In this document: one piece after another, positions 1 through 10,221 of the stretch
Layout: the number at the start of each line of letters is the position of its first letter
Position numbering within the stretch: the first letter of the stretch is position 1
Assembly (NCBI GenBank): GCA_044225505.1
Contig: JBGAIN010000062.1
Coordinates: 1 to 41,648 of the forward strand
DNA length: 41,648 nt
Origin: Limisphaerales bacterium
GTDB taxonomy: Bacteria; Verrucomicrobiota; Verrucomicrobiia; Limisphaerales; SIBE01
Direction of reading: 5' to 3'
Position numbers and translations under genes: made by a program
Notes under the pieces: generated by a model
Databases searched by the model: none
What the model was told of the DNA's origin: nothing
Seen by the model: the letters and a program-made list of their open reading frames with translations, nothing else

Positions 1-844
1 TCTTCATCCACGCAGCGGCTGAGTTATCTTCGGCGACGCTGACGAAAAGGAGGCGTCCTTCCAGAGCCGGGTGACCCTGCAAGTAGAGATCCCGCACGGC
101 GCCTTCATTGTCCATGGCAAACATTACTTTGCCTCGGACCTCATCGAGTTTGGGCCAACCGTGCTTTCGCAATGCCGCTGGCAAAGACTGCTCCTTCCCT
201 CGCACATCATCGGGCGTCAGGATCTTGGAGCGAGGAATGACCGCTCGGATCTCATCTTCTAACGCGGCCAGTTCTTTTTCGCCAAATGCGATCGGTTGCG
301 TCAGTTCCTGATTCTCCTTCTCGCCCTTCAACTCCAGGAGGATGAAGATCGGCACATGGTCGGGATGCTCGTTCGACCAGGACAAGACCTCCCGCAATCC
401 ATCCTGGAGCGTCAAAACTGTGGTCATGTAGTCGATATCTGGCACATGCAAGATTTTTATCCCGGGCCGAGCCAGTTTCCCGTCTGGATCTTGGGCGGGG
501 ACCGGGGGAAGACCGGCCTGAGCTGCCCAGGTTACGCCCTTCGGATGGGCGTAAAGGCCACCGGCCGGGTCTGCATAACAGTCGAGTTCGATTTGGCGAA
601 TGCCCTGGCGCGTGAATTGTTCGGGCAGCGGAGGGTGGGTGTAATCCAAGCCAAGAACCGCCGTTGGATCTTGACGAGCCAGGACCATTCGCAGCGACTC
701 GTGAGCGCGGAGATGGTAAGAGTTATGCGACCCAATGACTTGGATTTCGTTGAGACGAACATCCAGACCTGCAGCGGCGATGGGGGAGGAGCCCATTGCA
801 GCCAGCCAGATAGGTATTAGCAAAAGCCAGGAATGTGCATGCAT
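1..844 (-). CDS. Secreted Ca-dependent phosphoinositide phospholipase C (PI-PLC-C1 / SaPLC1-like), 3' end runs off the window
   Basis: Absent from the ORF track (no stop inside the window). Manual translation from ATG 844: MHAHSWLLLIPIWLAAMGSSPIAAAGLDVRLNEIQVIGSHNSYH...LDYTHPPLPEQF...GIRQIELDCYADPAGGLYAHP...HPDHVPIFILLELK...GWPKLDEVRGKVMF. Signal peptide plus HNSYH and RQIELD motifs of this family. Confidence 0.85.
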   Translation of the reverse strand, partial: MHAHSWLLLIPIWLAAMGSSPIAAAGLDVRLNEIQVIGSHNSYHLRAHESLRMVLARQDPTAVLGLDYTHPPLPEQFTRQGIRQIELDCYADPAGGLYAHPKGVTWAAQAGLPPVPAQDPDGKLARPGIKILHVPDIDYMTTVLTLQDGLREVLSWSNEHPDHVPIFILLELKGEKENQELTQPIAFGEKELAALEDEIRAVIPRSKILTPDDVRGKEQSLPAALRKHGWPKLDEVRGKVMFAMDNEGAVRDLYLQGHPALEGRLLFVSVAEDNSAAAWMK

Positions 845-1066
845 GCGGCACGAGTGTTTTCGCAACCGCGGCTCAGAGCAATGTTTTCCCGCGTTACAAT
901 TCAGCGAGAGGACCTGAGGGGTGGCGGGACCCAAGTGACGTGAACGTTTCGTGAACGTGCTGTAACCCGGGAACGCTGAAAGGGAATTGGCGCGGGCGCC
1001 CGGTTTGCCTCCGGCTCTTGATCGTGATCACCATCTCCGTCTCAACAGTCGATTGGTTCGCCGTTG

Positions 1067-2910
1067 TCACTGACTCGATGAGTCGCCAGGATCCACAATC
1101 GAAACTTGCCAAGGCTTGTCCCAGAACATCCGGCTGGAATTTCCCCAATTGTAATTCTGACCGGGACGCAGCCGATTCATTAGTTCGGCAGCCTGCTGAA
1201 AGAGTTTGTCCCCGGACGTGTGCTCCGCCGGTGACTCGCCCCAGGTCCACACTTCGCCATCGCGCGTCAGCACCAGGCCGATGCTGTCATGCCCAGCGGC
1301 AATAGCGACCACGTCCTTTTCCAGCCCGATTTTGGGTCTCTTGATCGGTCCGTAGCTGCTTTTCCCTGTGAACCGGTGTTCCGAGGCATCCATTGCCCAA
1401 AGGGAACCGTCACTTTTTTGTAATAGATGATAAAACCCGCCTTCAGCGGACACACACGCGCGCCAATCCGTGTCCGTTCCAACCTTCGTGGGGGTCGCGA
1501 TCAACCTCTGCGCTGAGCCCGTGTAGGTGTGGGCCTCTCGGCCCCAAGACCAAAGCGTTCCATCCGATTTGATGCCGAAGACCGTGAAATAGCCAAAGCA
1601 CACATCTACCCAATTGGTATCGGCCGATATCCTTCTCGGGGCAGACCACCGATTCGTGTCAGACGCCTCTCCCGTGAGTGATCCCCAAAACCAGAGGCTT
1701 CCATCGGTTTGCTGTCCGACCGTTTGCACCCCTCCAGCCCAGATCCTTTTCCAGTCGTGTCCTGAGCCAACTTGCACCGCGATCGGACTTTTTTTGAACG
1801 TCCCAATTCCCAATTGGCCAGCCCAGTTGTCTCCCCAGGCCCAAAGAGTGCCATCCTTTTTCAAAGCAAAACTGTGAGCAGCTCCTGCCGCTGCCTGTTT
1901 CCATTCATTCCCGGGAACCGAGGGCGCGGGCACTAACTGTGACGTCTCGGTGCCATCTCCCAGTTGGAAATGGTGATTTCCGCCCCAGGCCCAGAGCGTG
2001 CCGTCGGATTTTATGGCCAGACTATGGGTGTCGGCAACGGCGAGACTCACCCAGTCCGTTTCGGTCCCAATTCGACGTAAAGCGCTCGTGGATTTAATAT
2101 TGTTTAAACCAAGAACAGGCCAGCCATCAGCTTCCTCACCCCACGCCCAGAGGCTGCCGTTGGACGCGAGGATAATCGCGTAGTTTCGGTAGCCAAAACC
2201 AATCCTCGGGCTGACGTTGCCAGTCGGAAGTCTGAGTTGGCCAGGCTGAACGGGGTGCCTTGGATGGAATAGGCTTGGGAGTTGAGTCACCGTAACCGTC
2301 GTCAGGACGATAGCCCCGCCGATAACGGCGGCCGTTTTCATTTTTGCCCAAGCCATAAGTTTCAACGCTCCTTTCACCAGGGTGGCCGTCGACGTCGTTA
2401 AAGCGGTTCCCTGAGCCGCGGTGGCAACCGCTACCGCCAGGCCCACCGGCACAGCCTGGACGGAATTCGCCGAAAGTGCGCCCGCGATCACCGTCGCTGA
2501 GAGAGAGACCCCGCGTCCTTTGAAGAAGTCGCGCAGCTTTTCCAAACTTCGTGCCACTCGTTTTTTCGCGGATTCCTCGTTCGTCCCAAGAGCAGCGCCG
2601 TTGCGAATTCCATCACAGCCTCCTGTTCGTATCGTTGGCGAGTGGCTCTTGTTCTCAACGCATTCGCTGCTGTAAACCGCGTCGTTCGATACAGCCAACC
2701 CGGAAGAATGGTCTTTGGACTAAGCGATGCTGCTTTGCGGGCCAAGATAATGAAAACCGCTTGGGTAATTTCCTCGGCAAGATTCGGATCCCGCACCTGA
2801 CGCAGGGCCGACGAATAGACCAAGGCGATGTGGCGTGAAACGAGCCGCTCGAAACTCTGCTCCGAACGGCCCGTGAGATACTCACGCACCAAATCCATGT
2901 CTGGGTTCAT
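1067..2910 (-). pseudogene. ECF sigma factor with TM helix and C-terminal RCC1-repeat beta-propeller, split by an out-of-frame internal deletion near 2600
   Basis: ORF 2488..2910 gives sigma region 2 (FERLVSRHIALVYSSALRQV...AEEITQAVFIILARKA...GWLY). ORF 1067..2698 resumes in another frame at GAALGTNEESAKKRVARSLEKLR (end of region 4), then a TM and RCC1 repeats (HSLAIKSDGTLWAWGGN, HSFALKKDGTLWAWGDN). About 44 aa present in the paralog at 3867..5615 are missing at the junction. Confidence 0.85.
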
Positions 2911-2918
2911 TATGCACC

Positions 2919-2951
2919 TTATACATGTGGGCTCTTCGCAAGACGGGACAA
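2919..2951 (-). promoter_or_regulatory. Putative ECF autoregulatory promoter TTGTCCC-N16-ACAT-GTA-TAA
   Basis: The same bipartite motif lies immediately upstream of all three ECF genes. Confidence 0.5.
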
Positions 2952-3118
2952 TTTATTTTTTGAGGAGACGGCTTTGGCGCACCTTGAGAGCGGATTCTTG
3001 ATCAACCGGAAATTCGGATCTGCCTCATTCAGAAGGACCGGGCTGATCCGCGGCAGTGACGTATGGACCGAGCCGAATGTCAGCGCGCGGGGATTAGCAG
3101 TGGCTCGGAGCTGGGAAA

Positions 3119-3149
3119 TGTCTCACACCACGAGAACAATTTGCGGTCA
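3119..3149 (+). repeat. Dispersed element copy 1: TGTCTCACAC-CA-CGAGAACA-ATT-TGCGGTCA (palindrome degraded)
   Basis: Matches copies at 36173, 36804(-), 38687(-) and 39816. An inverted GTGTGCAACA follows at about 3152-3161. Confidence 0.6.
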
Positions 3150-3344
3150 TTGTGTGCAACATTTTCGGGGCATTTGGGATCGGTCGCGACGACCCCACTC
3201 TCCGTGGGTTGGTGCGTGTTGCGTTAGTTGTTGATTTCCAGAATCTTGGAGCGCGCCTGCGGCTTTAGTGGGACGGGCATGAGCACTGGGAAATCCCGAT
3301 ACTGACCCAGTCACATCCGAGGATGGTAACTGTTTTGTGTTGGA

Positions 3345-3507
3345 CCGGTGGATTACAGGATGAGGCAGGGATCGTTCAGGAGACGAGGGATGGACGGGCC
3401 GGTCCAACCCGGGTTTTATGCCGGATCAACCCCGGTGCAAGGCCGCTCCGTGACCGGCATTGGACCGGCATTGCACCGGCATTGCACCGGCATTGCACCG
3501 GCATTGC
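3345..3507. repeat. 11-bp-period tandem array; five near-perfect ACCGGCATTGS units at 3453-3507
   Basis: CCGG/CAGG/CCGC cores at 3345, 3356, 3366, 3377, 3399, 3409, 3421, 3432, 3443, 3454, 3465, 3476, 3487 and 3498. Confidence 0.85.
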
Positions 3508-3866
3508 CTCGAATGATCCCGCCCGGAATCGGGTTCCTCCAAGTTCAGTGTCACACCTTTGACCCAGTCGCCTGATGCGTCCCGCCGATCCTGACCACGG
3601 GTAATCCCGCTTTTCTGGTGGGGTCTCCACTATCGTGAAGATTCTCCTGGTCCAGCAGCTTTGATCGCCTTCCACCAAACACCCGTGGGTATTGTGGCCT
3701 TCCCATGCAGAGGTGAGGGCATTCTTCCTGAAATGTCACACGCCTTGGGTGCAAGTTGTTCCGGTCCACGGCCTTCCTCGCCTCGGCTTTGGCCGCACGG
3801 AGCCGATCATTCAGGGCGAGAGCGTGTTCTCAGCCCTCGCCGGGCCCGACCAAGCTTTCCGCTGCT

Positions 3867-5615
3867 CTAGGGCGTCTGCGCCGTTAAACGGCTCAGAATC
3901 TTAGTGGCAAACTCAGCCGCGTTCTCGTCGGCGTTCTGCGATATGGCGTCCAGGAACGGCTGAGCCAGTTCCCGGACACCGGGAACTTCGGCAAGGTCCA
4001 ACGCGGCGGCCGTGAATGAATTTGCAGCCTCACGGGTGGCGTCGGGAGCCACGGCGGCCTGGCCCATTTGTTCGATCAACGACCTCGCCGGCGCCGGTTC
4101 GTGCCAAAATCGCCAGGCGGCCCTTGCGCCCATGCTCGCGTAGGTCGGCGTTTCGCGGAGGCTGGCGGTGGTCAACTGCCGAAGTTCCGTGGCAAATGCG
4201 GAGGGTTCGACCTCTTGTCGCCAAAACGCTTCCAAGAGCGCGTAGCGGGTGTGAACTTCGCCATCCTTCGCGGTCAACTCACGTCGCAGAATAGCCTTGG
4301 CCGAGGGGTCCTCAGGCTTGAGGCGCCACAAGGCCAAAGCGCAAAGGGCGGCGTGCAAGCGATCTCGGGATTGCATGTGGGCACTTAACGCGTCGAGAAC
4401 GGAGGAGGAGTCGACACCGATCGCGCTGAGTGCGAAAGGGTATCCATTGTAGGTGGCGTAGGGTGGATTGGGCTCACTCGTCCAAAGACGCACCAGATCC
4501 GGAACGACCTCGCGGGCGGCGGGTCCGATCAAGCCCAGGGCCAGGACCACATTCATGCCGTTCGCGCGGTCCGTGGGGACGGCGTCGCGCCCTGCCAGCG
4601 CATGGGCCGGATTGCGGATCATCCAATGAAGAAACACCACGGCAGGCTGGCCCATGGCTAAGAGCGCCCTTTTTCGGTAAGCGACGATATCGTCGTGAGA
4701 GATCACGTTCAACGGCGGGTTGGCAGCAATCCACTCCCGGAGTGTCCGTCCTTCAAATTCCGGTTCGACGGGAGACGGTTCCGCAGCCACTTGCGACCTG
4801 GCTGAGAAGCGGTTCGGTCGATCGTGCTGGGCGAGGCTGAGAATGCCAGTCGTGACAATGCCAGCGGCTAGAAAAACGCCGCTGACTCCTAAGGCGAGCT
4901 TCCATTGCGTCCAGGCCATAAGCTTTAAGACTCCTTTTATCAGGGTAACGACGGTGGTGGTGGCAACTGCCGCGCCGGTGGTGACCGCGAGGATATTCGT
5001 GGAGAGGGCTTCGGGAGCGGCTTGAACAGAGCGGGCAGTCATGAGACTCGCGATGACGGAGGACGACAAAGTCACCCCGCGTCGGGCAAAGAGAGTGCGC
5101 AGTTTTTCGAGCGCGCGAAGGATTCTTTGTTTGGCAGCGTCTTCGCTAATACCCAGGGCGGCGCCGACTTCGGCCAAGGTCTTGCCGTTGAAGAAACGCA
5201 AAAGAACGGCGTTACGATCCTTCTCGCGGAGTGATCCAATGGCATCGTCCAGGTGCCCGGAGATCCGTTGCCAGCTCTCCTCGGAATTGGGGTCATTGGC
5301 GCATTGCTCCATATAGGCATCCCGTTCTCGGCGAGCGCGGCGCACTTCTGAGCGCACAAGGTTTGCGGTGGTGAGCCGTGTGGTTTGATACAACCAACCG
5401 GAGAGGACGGCCGTCCGGGCCACTTGTTTAGCCTTCCGGGCCAGCGTGATGAACACGGCCTGAGTGACTTCCTCCGCTTGGTGCGGCACGCCCAGGCGCC
5501 GCAACGCGACGGAATAGACAAGGGCGACGTGCCGCTGGACCAACGTCTCGAACGCTTCGTTCGAATCCTCCGTGACATAAAGTTCCAACAACTGGCGATC
5601 GTCCTTCTCGGTCAT
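3867..5615 (-). CDS. ECF sigma-70 factor with TM helix and C-terminal HEAT-like alpha-helical extension
   Basis: Region 2 (AFETLVQRHVALVYSVALRRL...GWLY), region 4 (DRNAVLLRFFNGKTLAEVGAALGISEDAAKQR), hydrophobic LALGVSGVFLAAGIVTTGILSL, and HEAT-like LALGLIGPAAREVVPDL. Confidence 0.9.
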   Translation of the reverse strand: MTEKDDRQLLELYVTEDSNEAFETLVQRHVALVYSVALRRLGVPHQAEEVTQAVFITLARKAKQVARTAVLSGWLYQTTRLTTANLVRSEVRRARRERDAYMEQCANDPNSEESWQRISGHLDDAIGSLREKDRNAVLLRFFNGKTLAEVGAALGISEDAAKQRILRALEKLRTLFARRGVTLSSSVIASLMTARSVQAAPEALSTNILAVTTGAAVATTTVVTLIKGVLKLMAWTQWKLALGVSGVFLAAGIVTTGILSLAQHDRPNRFSARSQVAAEPSPVEPEFEGRTLREWIAANPPLNVISHDDIVAYRKRALLAMGQPAVVFLHWMIRNPAHALAGRDAVPTDRANGMNVVLALGLIGPAAREVVPDLVRLWTSEPNPPYATYNGYPFALSAIGVDSSSVLDALSAHMQSRDRLHAALCALALWRLKPEDPSAKAILRRELTAKDGEVHTRYALLEAFWRQEVEPSAFATELRQLTTASLRETPTYASMGARAAWRFWHEPAPARSLIEQMGQAAVAPDATREAANSFTAAALDLAEVPGVRELAQPFLDAISQNADENAAEFATKILSRLTAQTP

Positions 5616-5619
5616 TCAT

Positions 5620-5653
5620 CTATAAATGTCCGATCCCCCTCGAAAGGGAACAA
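5620..5653 (-). promoter_or_regulatory. Putative ECF autoregulatory promoter TTGTTCC-N17-ACAT-TTA-TAG
   Basis: Shared with the other two ECF genes; ends 4 nt before the ATG. Confidence 0.5.
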
Positions 5654-5827
5654 AATCCTGGCGGAGAGCGGGTGGGTGGAGCGGCGCCCTTGGCTTGCGC
5701 CGCGGCGTTCTCGGCTGAGAGAGGATTCTCGGCCTGAGAGTTACGGCTGGCAGTTTGACTTGTATCATGGGCGGCACACGCATCCGGCGGTATTTTGGCT
5801 CCCTTCGCGACGACAATTGAATGACCT

Positions 5828-6802
5828 ATGAATTCTGCCACCACTCACTCTCGCCGAGGTTTCCTCTATCGGGCCGGTCTCGCCACGGCCGCATTCGGCA
5901 CTGGTCAACTCCTGAGTCCGGGATTGTTCGCAGCCCCGTCGCGCCCGTGGGTGACATCCATCCGCGACATGCACCTGAAGCTTACGAATGAGCCGTCCTG
6001 TTGGGAGGCGTTGGGGCGGTTGGGAGTCAGCGCGATCGAATCGGTGGTCGACGACGAGCTCAAGTGCACCGGATTATACCAAAAGGAGAAGGCCTATTCC
6101 GTCGCCACTCGCGACGATTGCAGAGCACTCGCGGACGAATTGGCTCGACGAGGGGTCACCATTACGGCGCTGGCCATGAGTAATCGCTTGGACGAACGGC
6201 TTGAACAGGAGCTCGAGTGGATGCGAAAGACCGTCGACGCCGCGGAGCAGCTGAAGATTCGCGTGATCCGGATCGACGTGGTGCCCAGGCGAATTCCCCG
6301 TGACCAATTCCTGCCGTTCGCGATTAAAGCGTGCCGGCAGCTCTGCGATTTGATCAAAGATCGTCCGGTGGTGCTAGGCATCGAGAACCACGGCGAGTTT
6401 ACCAATGACCCTGGAGTGCTGGAACGACTGTTTGACGGGGTCAATTCGGATCAACTCGGGCTGACGCTGGACGTGATGAACTTCTACTGGTTTGGGCATC
6501 CTTTGGCGGACGTTTACCAGATCTGTGAGAAGTTTGCGCCGAGAGTATTTCACACCCACTGCAAGAACCTGAGTTACCCGGCGGATCGGCAGAACGCACG
6601 CCGTCCGATGGGCTGGGAATACGAAGCCCATGCCGCGCCTCTCGATCAAGGGGACATCGACTATGGCAAGGTCGCCGCGATCTTGCGACAGGCGAAGTAT
6701 GGGGGCGATCTGTGCCTGGAAAACGAGTGCCTGGGCCGCTTCCCGAAGGACCAGCATGTGCCGATCCTTAAACGGGAACTGGCATTGCTTCGAACGCTCT
6801 AG
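5828..6802 (+). CDS. Tat-exported sugar phosphate isomerase/epimerase (AP endonuclease 2 / xylose isomerase-like TIM barrel)
   Basis: SRRGFL Tat motif; metal-ligand motifs LGIENHG, LTLDVMN, HTHCKN and LCLENE. Confidence 0.88.
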   Translation: MNSATTHSRRGFLYRAGLATAAFGTGQLLSPGLFAAPSRPWVTSIRDMHLKLTNEPSCWEALGRLGVSAIESVVDDELKCTGLYQKEKAYSVATRDDCRALADELARRGVTITALAMSNRLDERLEQELEWMRKTVDAAEQLKIRVIRIDVVPRRIPRDQFLPFAIKACRQLCDLIKDRPVVLGIENHGEFTNDPGVLERLFDGVNSDQLGLTLDVMNFYWFGHPLADVYQICEKFAPRVFHTHCKNLSYPADRQNARRPMGWEYEAHAAPLDQGDIDYGKVAAILRQAKYGGDLCLENECLGRFPKDQHVPILKRELALLRTL

Positions 6803-6804
6803 TG

Positions 6805-6822
6805 TGGTGACATTTGTCACCA
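6805..6822. promoter_or_regulatory. Perfect operator-like palindrome TGGTGACA-TT-TGTCACCA
   Basis: 8-bp arms; a near-identical copy (one mismatch) sits at 36101-36118. Confidence 0.5.
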
Positions 6823-7031
6823 GCGCGTCGATTGGAACTTAACGGGTTACCGCGGCGGACGGTCCAGGGCCGATGGTCGACGGCGGCCACCGCTGTCGTC
6901 GCCTCCACCCCTTCCTTCAGCCACACCTGCGCCCTAAAATCCCTCGGAGAATTCTTAGGCGAGAATCGTGATGAGCCTTGCCAGACCTGGGAACGATGCG
7001 CATGCTGGCCGCTGGCGAACCGTAGAACTTT

Positions 7032-7616
7032 ATGACGCTCGATGTTGTTCTCGATAAGTTCCCTCGAGACATCAATCTCAAGGGAGGAATCACCTGTACC
7101 GGGCGCCCGCTTGAACCCTCCGACCAGCGGCTGCTTCATCGATTCTTTCTCGACGTTCCCGAGCGGGAGCGAATGTTCATTAAACATCGCGTCACGGATC
7201 TGGCCCTGATCGAGGAATGGTGCCAAAACATTGATTTGGGAAGGAATTTCCCGTTGTTGGCCCTGTACCGGGATCAGATCCTGGGCGTTGGCACACTGCA
7301 CCAGCAACTGGGCGGATGGAAACGGCATATCGGCCGGGTCAGTGTTCTGGTGCATCCCCAGTTTCGAGGTCGTGGCTTGGCAAAAGAACTTGTCAGTCAC
7401 TGTATCGATATTGCCCGGCAGATGGGATTACAGAAGGTGGAAGCCGAGTTCATCGGCGAACAGGAAGCCGCCATGAAGGTTTTCGCCCTGTTGGGGTTTC
7501 GCGTCCTGGCCAGGATTCCGGATTATGTGAAAGACATGCAAGCCATCACCCACGACTACGTCCTGATGGGCTTGCATTTGATTACCGACGAAGAGTACGC
7601 AGGTGCGGCTGGGTAA
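7032..7616 (+). CDS. GNAT family N-acetyltransferase
   Basis: Acetyl-CoA binding motif VLVHPQFRGRGLAKELV and the later A...F..LGF motif. Confidence 0.9.
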   Translation: MTLDVVLDKFPRDINLKGGITCTGRPLEPSDQRLLHRFFLDVPERERMFIKHRVTDLALIEEWCQNIDLGRNFPLLALYRDQILGVGTLHQQLGGWKRHIGRVSVLVHPQFRGRGLAKELVSHCIDIARQMGLQKVEAEFIGEQEAAMKVFALLGFRVLARIPDYVKDMQAITHDYVLMGLHLITDEEYAGAAG

Positions 7617-7692
7617 AAGGCGCTCTCTCGTCAGGGCGGCGCTTCCCCTCTCGGCTCTTTGCGAAGAGCCACGGCATGCGGCATATTCCGAG

Positions 7693-7965
7693 ATGGAGGC
7701 AATTACGGTAAAGCTGTTCAAAAGCACGGATGCGGAGGAGTCCTACGCCTTGTGCGTGAACGGAGACACGAGAGACAGTTGGCGCGCGCAACGGGGCGCT
7801 GGTGCCAACTTTGAGGAGGTTTGGACGGTTGAAGTGCAAAGCGCGGTCCGTCCAGAACTGCACGAGGTGGATTGGGACATGGTGCTAGAGCGCGTTATCG
7901 AAGCCTGCGACCTGAACGACCCAGTGCTCGCGAATTATGAATGGCCAAAGCGCGTAGCCGCGTGA
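7693..7965 (+). CDS. Small acidic hypothetical protein (about 90 aa)
   Basis: In-frame ATG at 7693 within ORF 7603..7965 (MEAITVKLFKSTDAEESYALCVNG...); protein-like composition; co-oriented with the GNAT gene. Confidence 0.6.
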   Translation: MEAITVKLFKSTDAEESYALCVNGDTRDSWRAQRGAGANFEEVWTVEVQSAVRPELHEVDWDMVLERVIEACDLNDPVLANYEWPKRVAA

Positions 7966-8100
7966 GCGAAATGACATTGCCTTCCGCGATCACCAGGCTG
8001 CTGTCCAAGCAAAAGGAAACGGTGCATCGCGATCCGTTGCTCGAACCAACAGGGATCTGATCCGGGTTAGCTTAGGCGCTTCTTGCCTGCCTCTGGAGTT

Positions 8101-9051
8101 CTATACGGAATGGGAGTGGTGGTCCGGCCCTGTCGCTGCCTGAACGGGGGGAGGGCGGTTCGGACGCTCGGAACGGCCGGCCAGCAGTTCGCCGAGCATT
8201 TGATGGCCGCCAGGCAGAAGGATAATCGTGGCCTCGCCCTCGACGACTTTTTGGGTTTCGAGCACCTCGAAAAGAGCGGAAGCGACCTCTTCGTCGCGAG
8301 CAATCCGATCAAGAGCTGCTCCGACAATCTGGGGACGCACCGCGGCGGCCCTGGCAAACTCCACGGCTGCCTGACGTTCAGCGGTGCTGGCAATGATACT
8401 GACCCGATTCGCTCCGTCCTGTTTGATGGCCGCGGTGACTTGGCGCAGACGATTGACCACCTTGCTTTCGATTTGCTTGATCATCCCCGTGTCGCGGAAA
8501 TGCACTTTCCGGATGTAAACCGAGCCCAAGCGGTAACCCCACTCATGCGATTTGGGCGAGACCTCCGCTCGGACGGTCTGGCTCATGACGTGGCGGCTGG
8601 TGAGCATTTCTTCCAAAGGCATGTTGCTCAGGCATCTCACAGTGGAATTGCTGACATTAGCGGCAAGGGATCCACGCGGATCGGTATTCTTGAAGAGGTA
8701 TGCCACAGGATCGCTGATGAACATTTCATACCACATGCCGATGCCCATCGGCGCTCCTTCTTCGGAATTAACCGCTTGGCTGCGGAGGTACTCCTGGTCC
8801 AGCCGCATATCCAAGACATAACGCTTTCCAAGCCACCGAGTGACCAACGCTTTCCATCCCATTTTCGTAATCAGGAAATGGAGACCGGGCTCTTCCAGGG
8901 TCAGCAGCACCTTGCCGAACAGCACAAAGACCTGGCACTGACGCTCGCGCACAATGGTGTAAAGCCCAAGGAGTTGGGCACAACCAAGGATGATAGGCAC
9001 CGCAATCAGGCAGCCAATCAACGTCGAGACGGCGGCAATTAGAAAAGTCAT
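8101..9051 (-). CDS. SPFH/Band 7 domain membrane protein
   Basis: N-terminal TM, FVLFGK...EEPGLHF, WGYRLGSVYIRKV, Ala/Glu-rich coiled coil. Start overlaps the stop of the upstream SPFH gene by 4 bp. Confidence 0.88.
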   Translation of the reverse strand: MTFLIAAVSTLIGCLIAVPIILGCAQLLGLYTIVRERQCQVFVLFGKVLLTLEEPGLHFLITKMGWKALVTRWLGKRYVLDMRLDQEYLRSQAVNSEEGAPMGIGMWYEMFISDPVAYLFKNTDPRGSLAANVSNSTVRCLSNMPLEEMLTSRHVMSQTVRAEVSPKSHEWGYRLGSVYIRKVHFRDTGMIKQIESKVVNRLRQVTAAIKQDGANRVSIIASTAERQAAVEFARAAAVRPQIVGAALDRIARDEEVASALFEVLETQKVVEGEATIILLPGGHQMLGELLAGRSERPNRPPPVQAATGPDHHSHSV

Positions 9052-10040
9052 CGTTTGACCTCCACAAAGAATTGGGTGGCTTGATTGAACAAGGCCAGTT
9101 TCACGTTGCGCACGTAAGACTTGAGAGCTCCGGCGCCATTCTGCTTGAGCCCGGTGAGCTGCGCGGCCAACTGTTCCAATGGCTCAACTTCCGCCTGAGC
9201 TTTTAGCGTCTCGATCTCGACGGCACGTCGCGATTGGACGATCTTCTGGTCTGCGGCGGCCTGGGCGAGGCTGATGTCCGAGGAAACCTGGTTGTGAGCC
9301 GTATTGATGGCTGCCAACGCCGATTCGACTTCCGCGGGGGGATCGATACCTGTGATCAATGACGCGTCGAGGACGATTCCGTAACGTGCGGCGGAACTGC
9401 GGCATTCCAGGTCCATGTGTTCGTTCAGATCGCGGAGATTCTTGCGCAGATCATTGATGGAAATGCCGCGCGCGGCGCCGGCGTCGGGACCAAAATCATC
9501 GCCAGTTTGTTTCTTGCTTGGGGCCTCGAAATTGGCGATCCGCTCCCGCAACACCGAAACAAAATAGCCCATAACATGAGAGATGGGACGTTTCACCCCG
9601 AACAGGTAAGCGTAAAGATTGCGGTCGGAAACTCGATAGCGAATCTGGCCGCTGAGGCCGGTGTTTAATTGATCTTTGGTGACGGCTTCCAAGATGGTAC
9701 CGCTCAGGTTGGCCGCGGGATTGTCCGGGTCCTGGGCCATGTTGATCGTCTGCGTTGCCACGGAAACTTTATAAATCGTTTCCCACGGCCACTTGAAATA
9801 GGGCCCTCCAGGCGGGATCACCCGGAGCTGTGGCCAGGCGTAGCGCTTTCGTTCATCCTCATCGAGACCTTCACTGATGGGATCGTCTAGAGTGGTCGCT
9901 TGTTCGGATACGCGTTGGGCTCGACCGAAGACGGTCTTCACCGCGCGCTCGTTTTGATCGACGGTGTAGAGGCCCGCGAGCAGGTAACGGAAGACGAACC
10001 ACGCTAGAGCTCCGACGATACAGCCGAGTATGATTGTCAT
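9048..10040 (-). CDS. SPFH/Band 7 domain membrane protein
   Basis: N-terminal TM, YTVDQNERAVKTVFG, PGGPYFKWPWE, TKDQL, YGIVL...ITGIDPP, C-terminal coiled coil. Start placed at ATG 10040. Confidence 0.88.
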   Translation of the reverse strand: MTIILGCIVGALAWFVFRYLLAGLYTVDQNERAVKTVFGRAQRVSEQATTLDDPISEGLDEDERKRYAWPQLRVIPPGGPYFKWPWETIYKVSVATQTINMAQDPDNPAANLSGTILEAVTKDQLNTGLSGQIRYRVSDRNLYAYLFGVKRPISHVMGYFVSVLRERIANFEAPSKKQTGDDFGPDAGAARGISINDLRKNLRDLNEHMDLECRSSAARYGIVLDASLITGIDPPAEVESALAAINTAHNQVSSDISLAQAAADQKIVQSRRAVEIETLKAQAEVEPLEQLAAQLTGLKQNGAGALKSYVRNVKLALFNQATQFFVEVKR

Positions 10041-10221
10041 GACTCTGGTGTAGCGAGAATTAATGCCGGTTGCCAACTACAATGGCCGCGCGGAAAAATA
10101 ACAACCCGGTGTCCGGCGCAACCCTGGAGCGAGTGGTATTAAGGCGGTCGCCGAGATTCAGGAGATTGAGCTGAGCGCAATCCGGCATTGTCACCACGGC
10201 GCCGCGCGCGCATAACTTCCA

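Noticed and set aside
296..820. 174-aa plus-strand ORF (and 71..311)
   Set aside because: Antisense to the PI-PLC gene; no recognisable motifs.
2590..2700. Programmed ribosomal frameshift joining the two ECF-RCC1 ORFs
   Set aside because: About 44 conserved residues are absent and there is no slippery site at the junction, so a frameshift would not restore the protein.
3453..3507. CRISPR array
   Set aside because: 11-bp contiguous units with no spacers, and no cas genes in the window.
8083..9042. 319-aa plus-strand ORF
   Set aside because: Antisense shadow of the SPFH gene.
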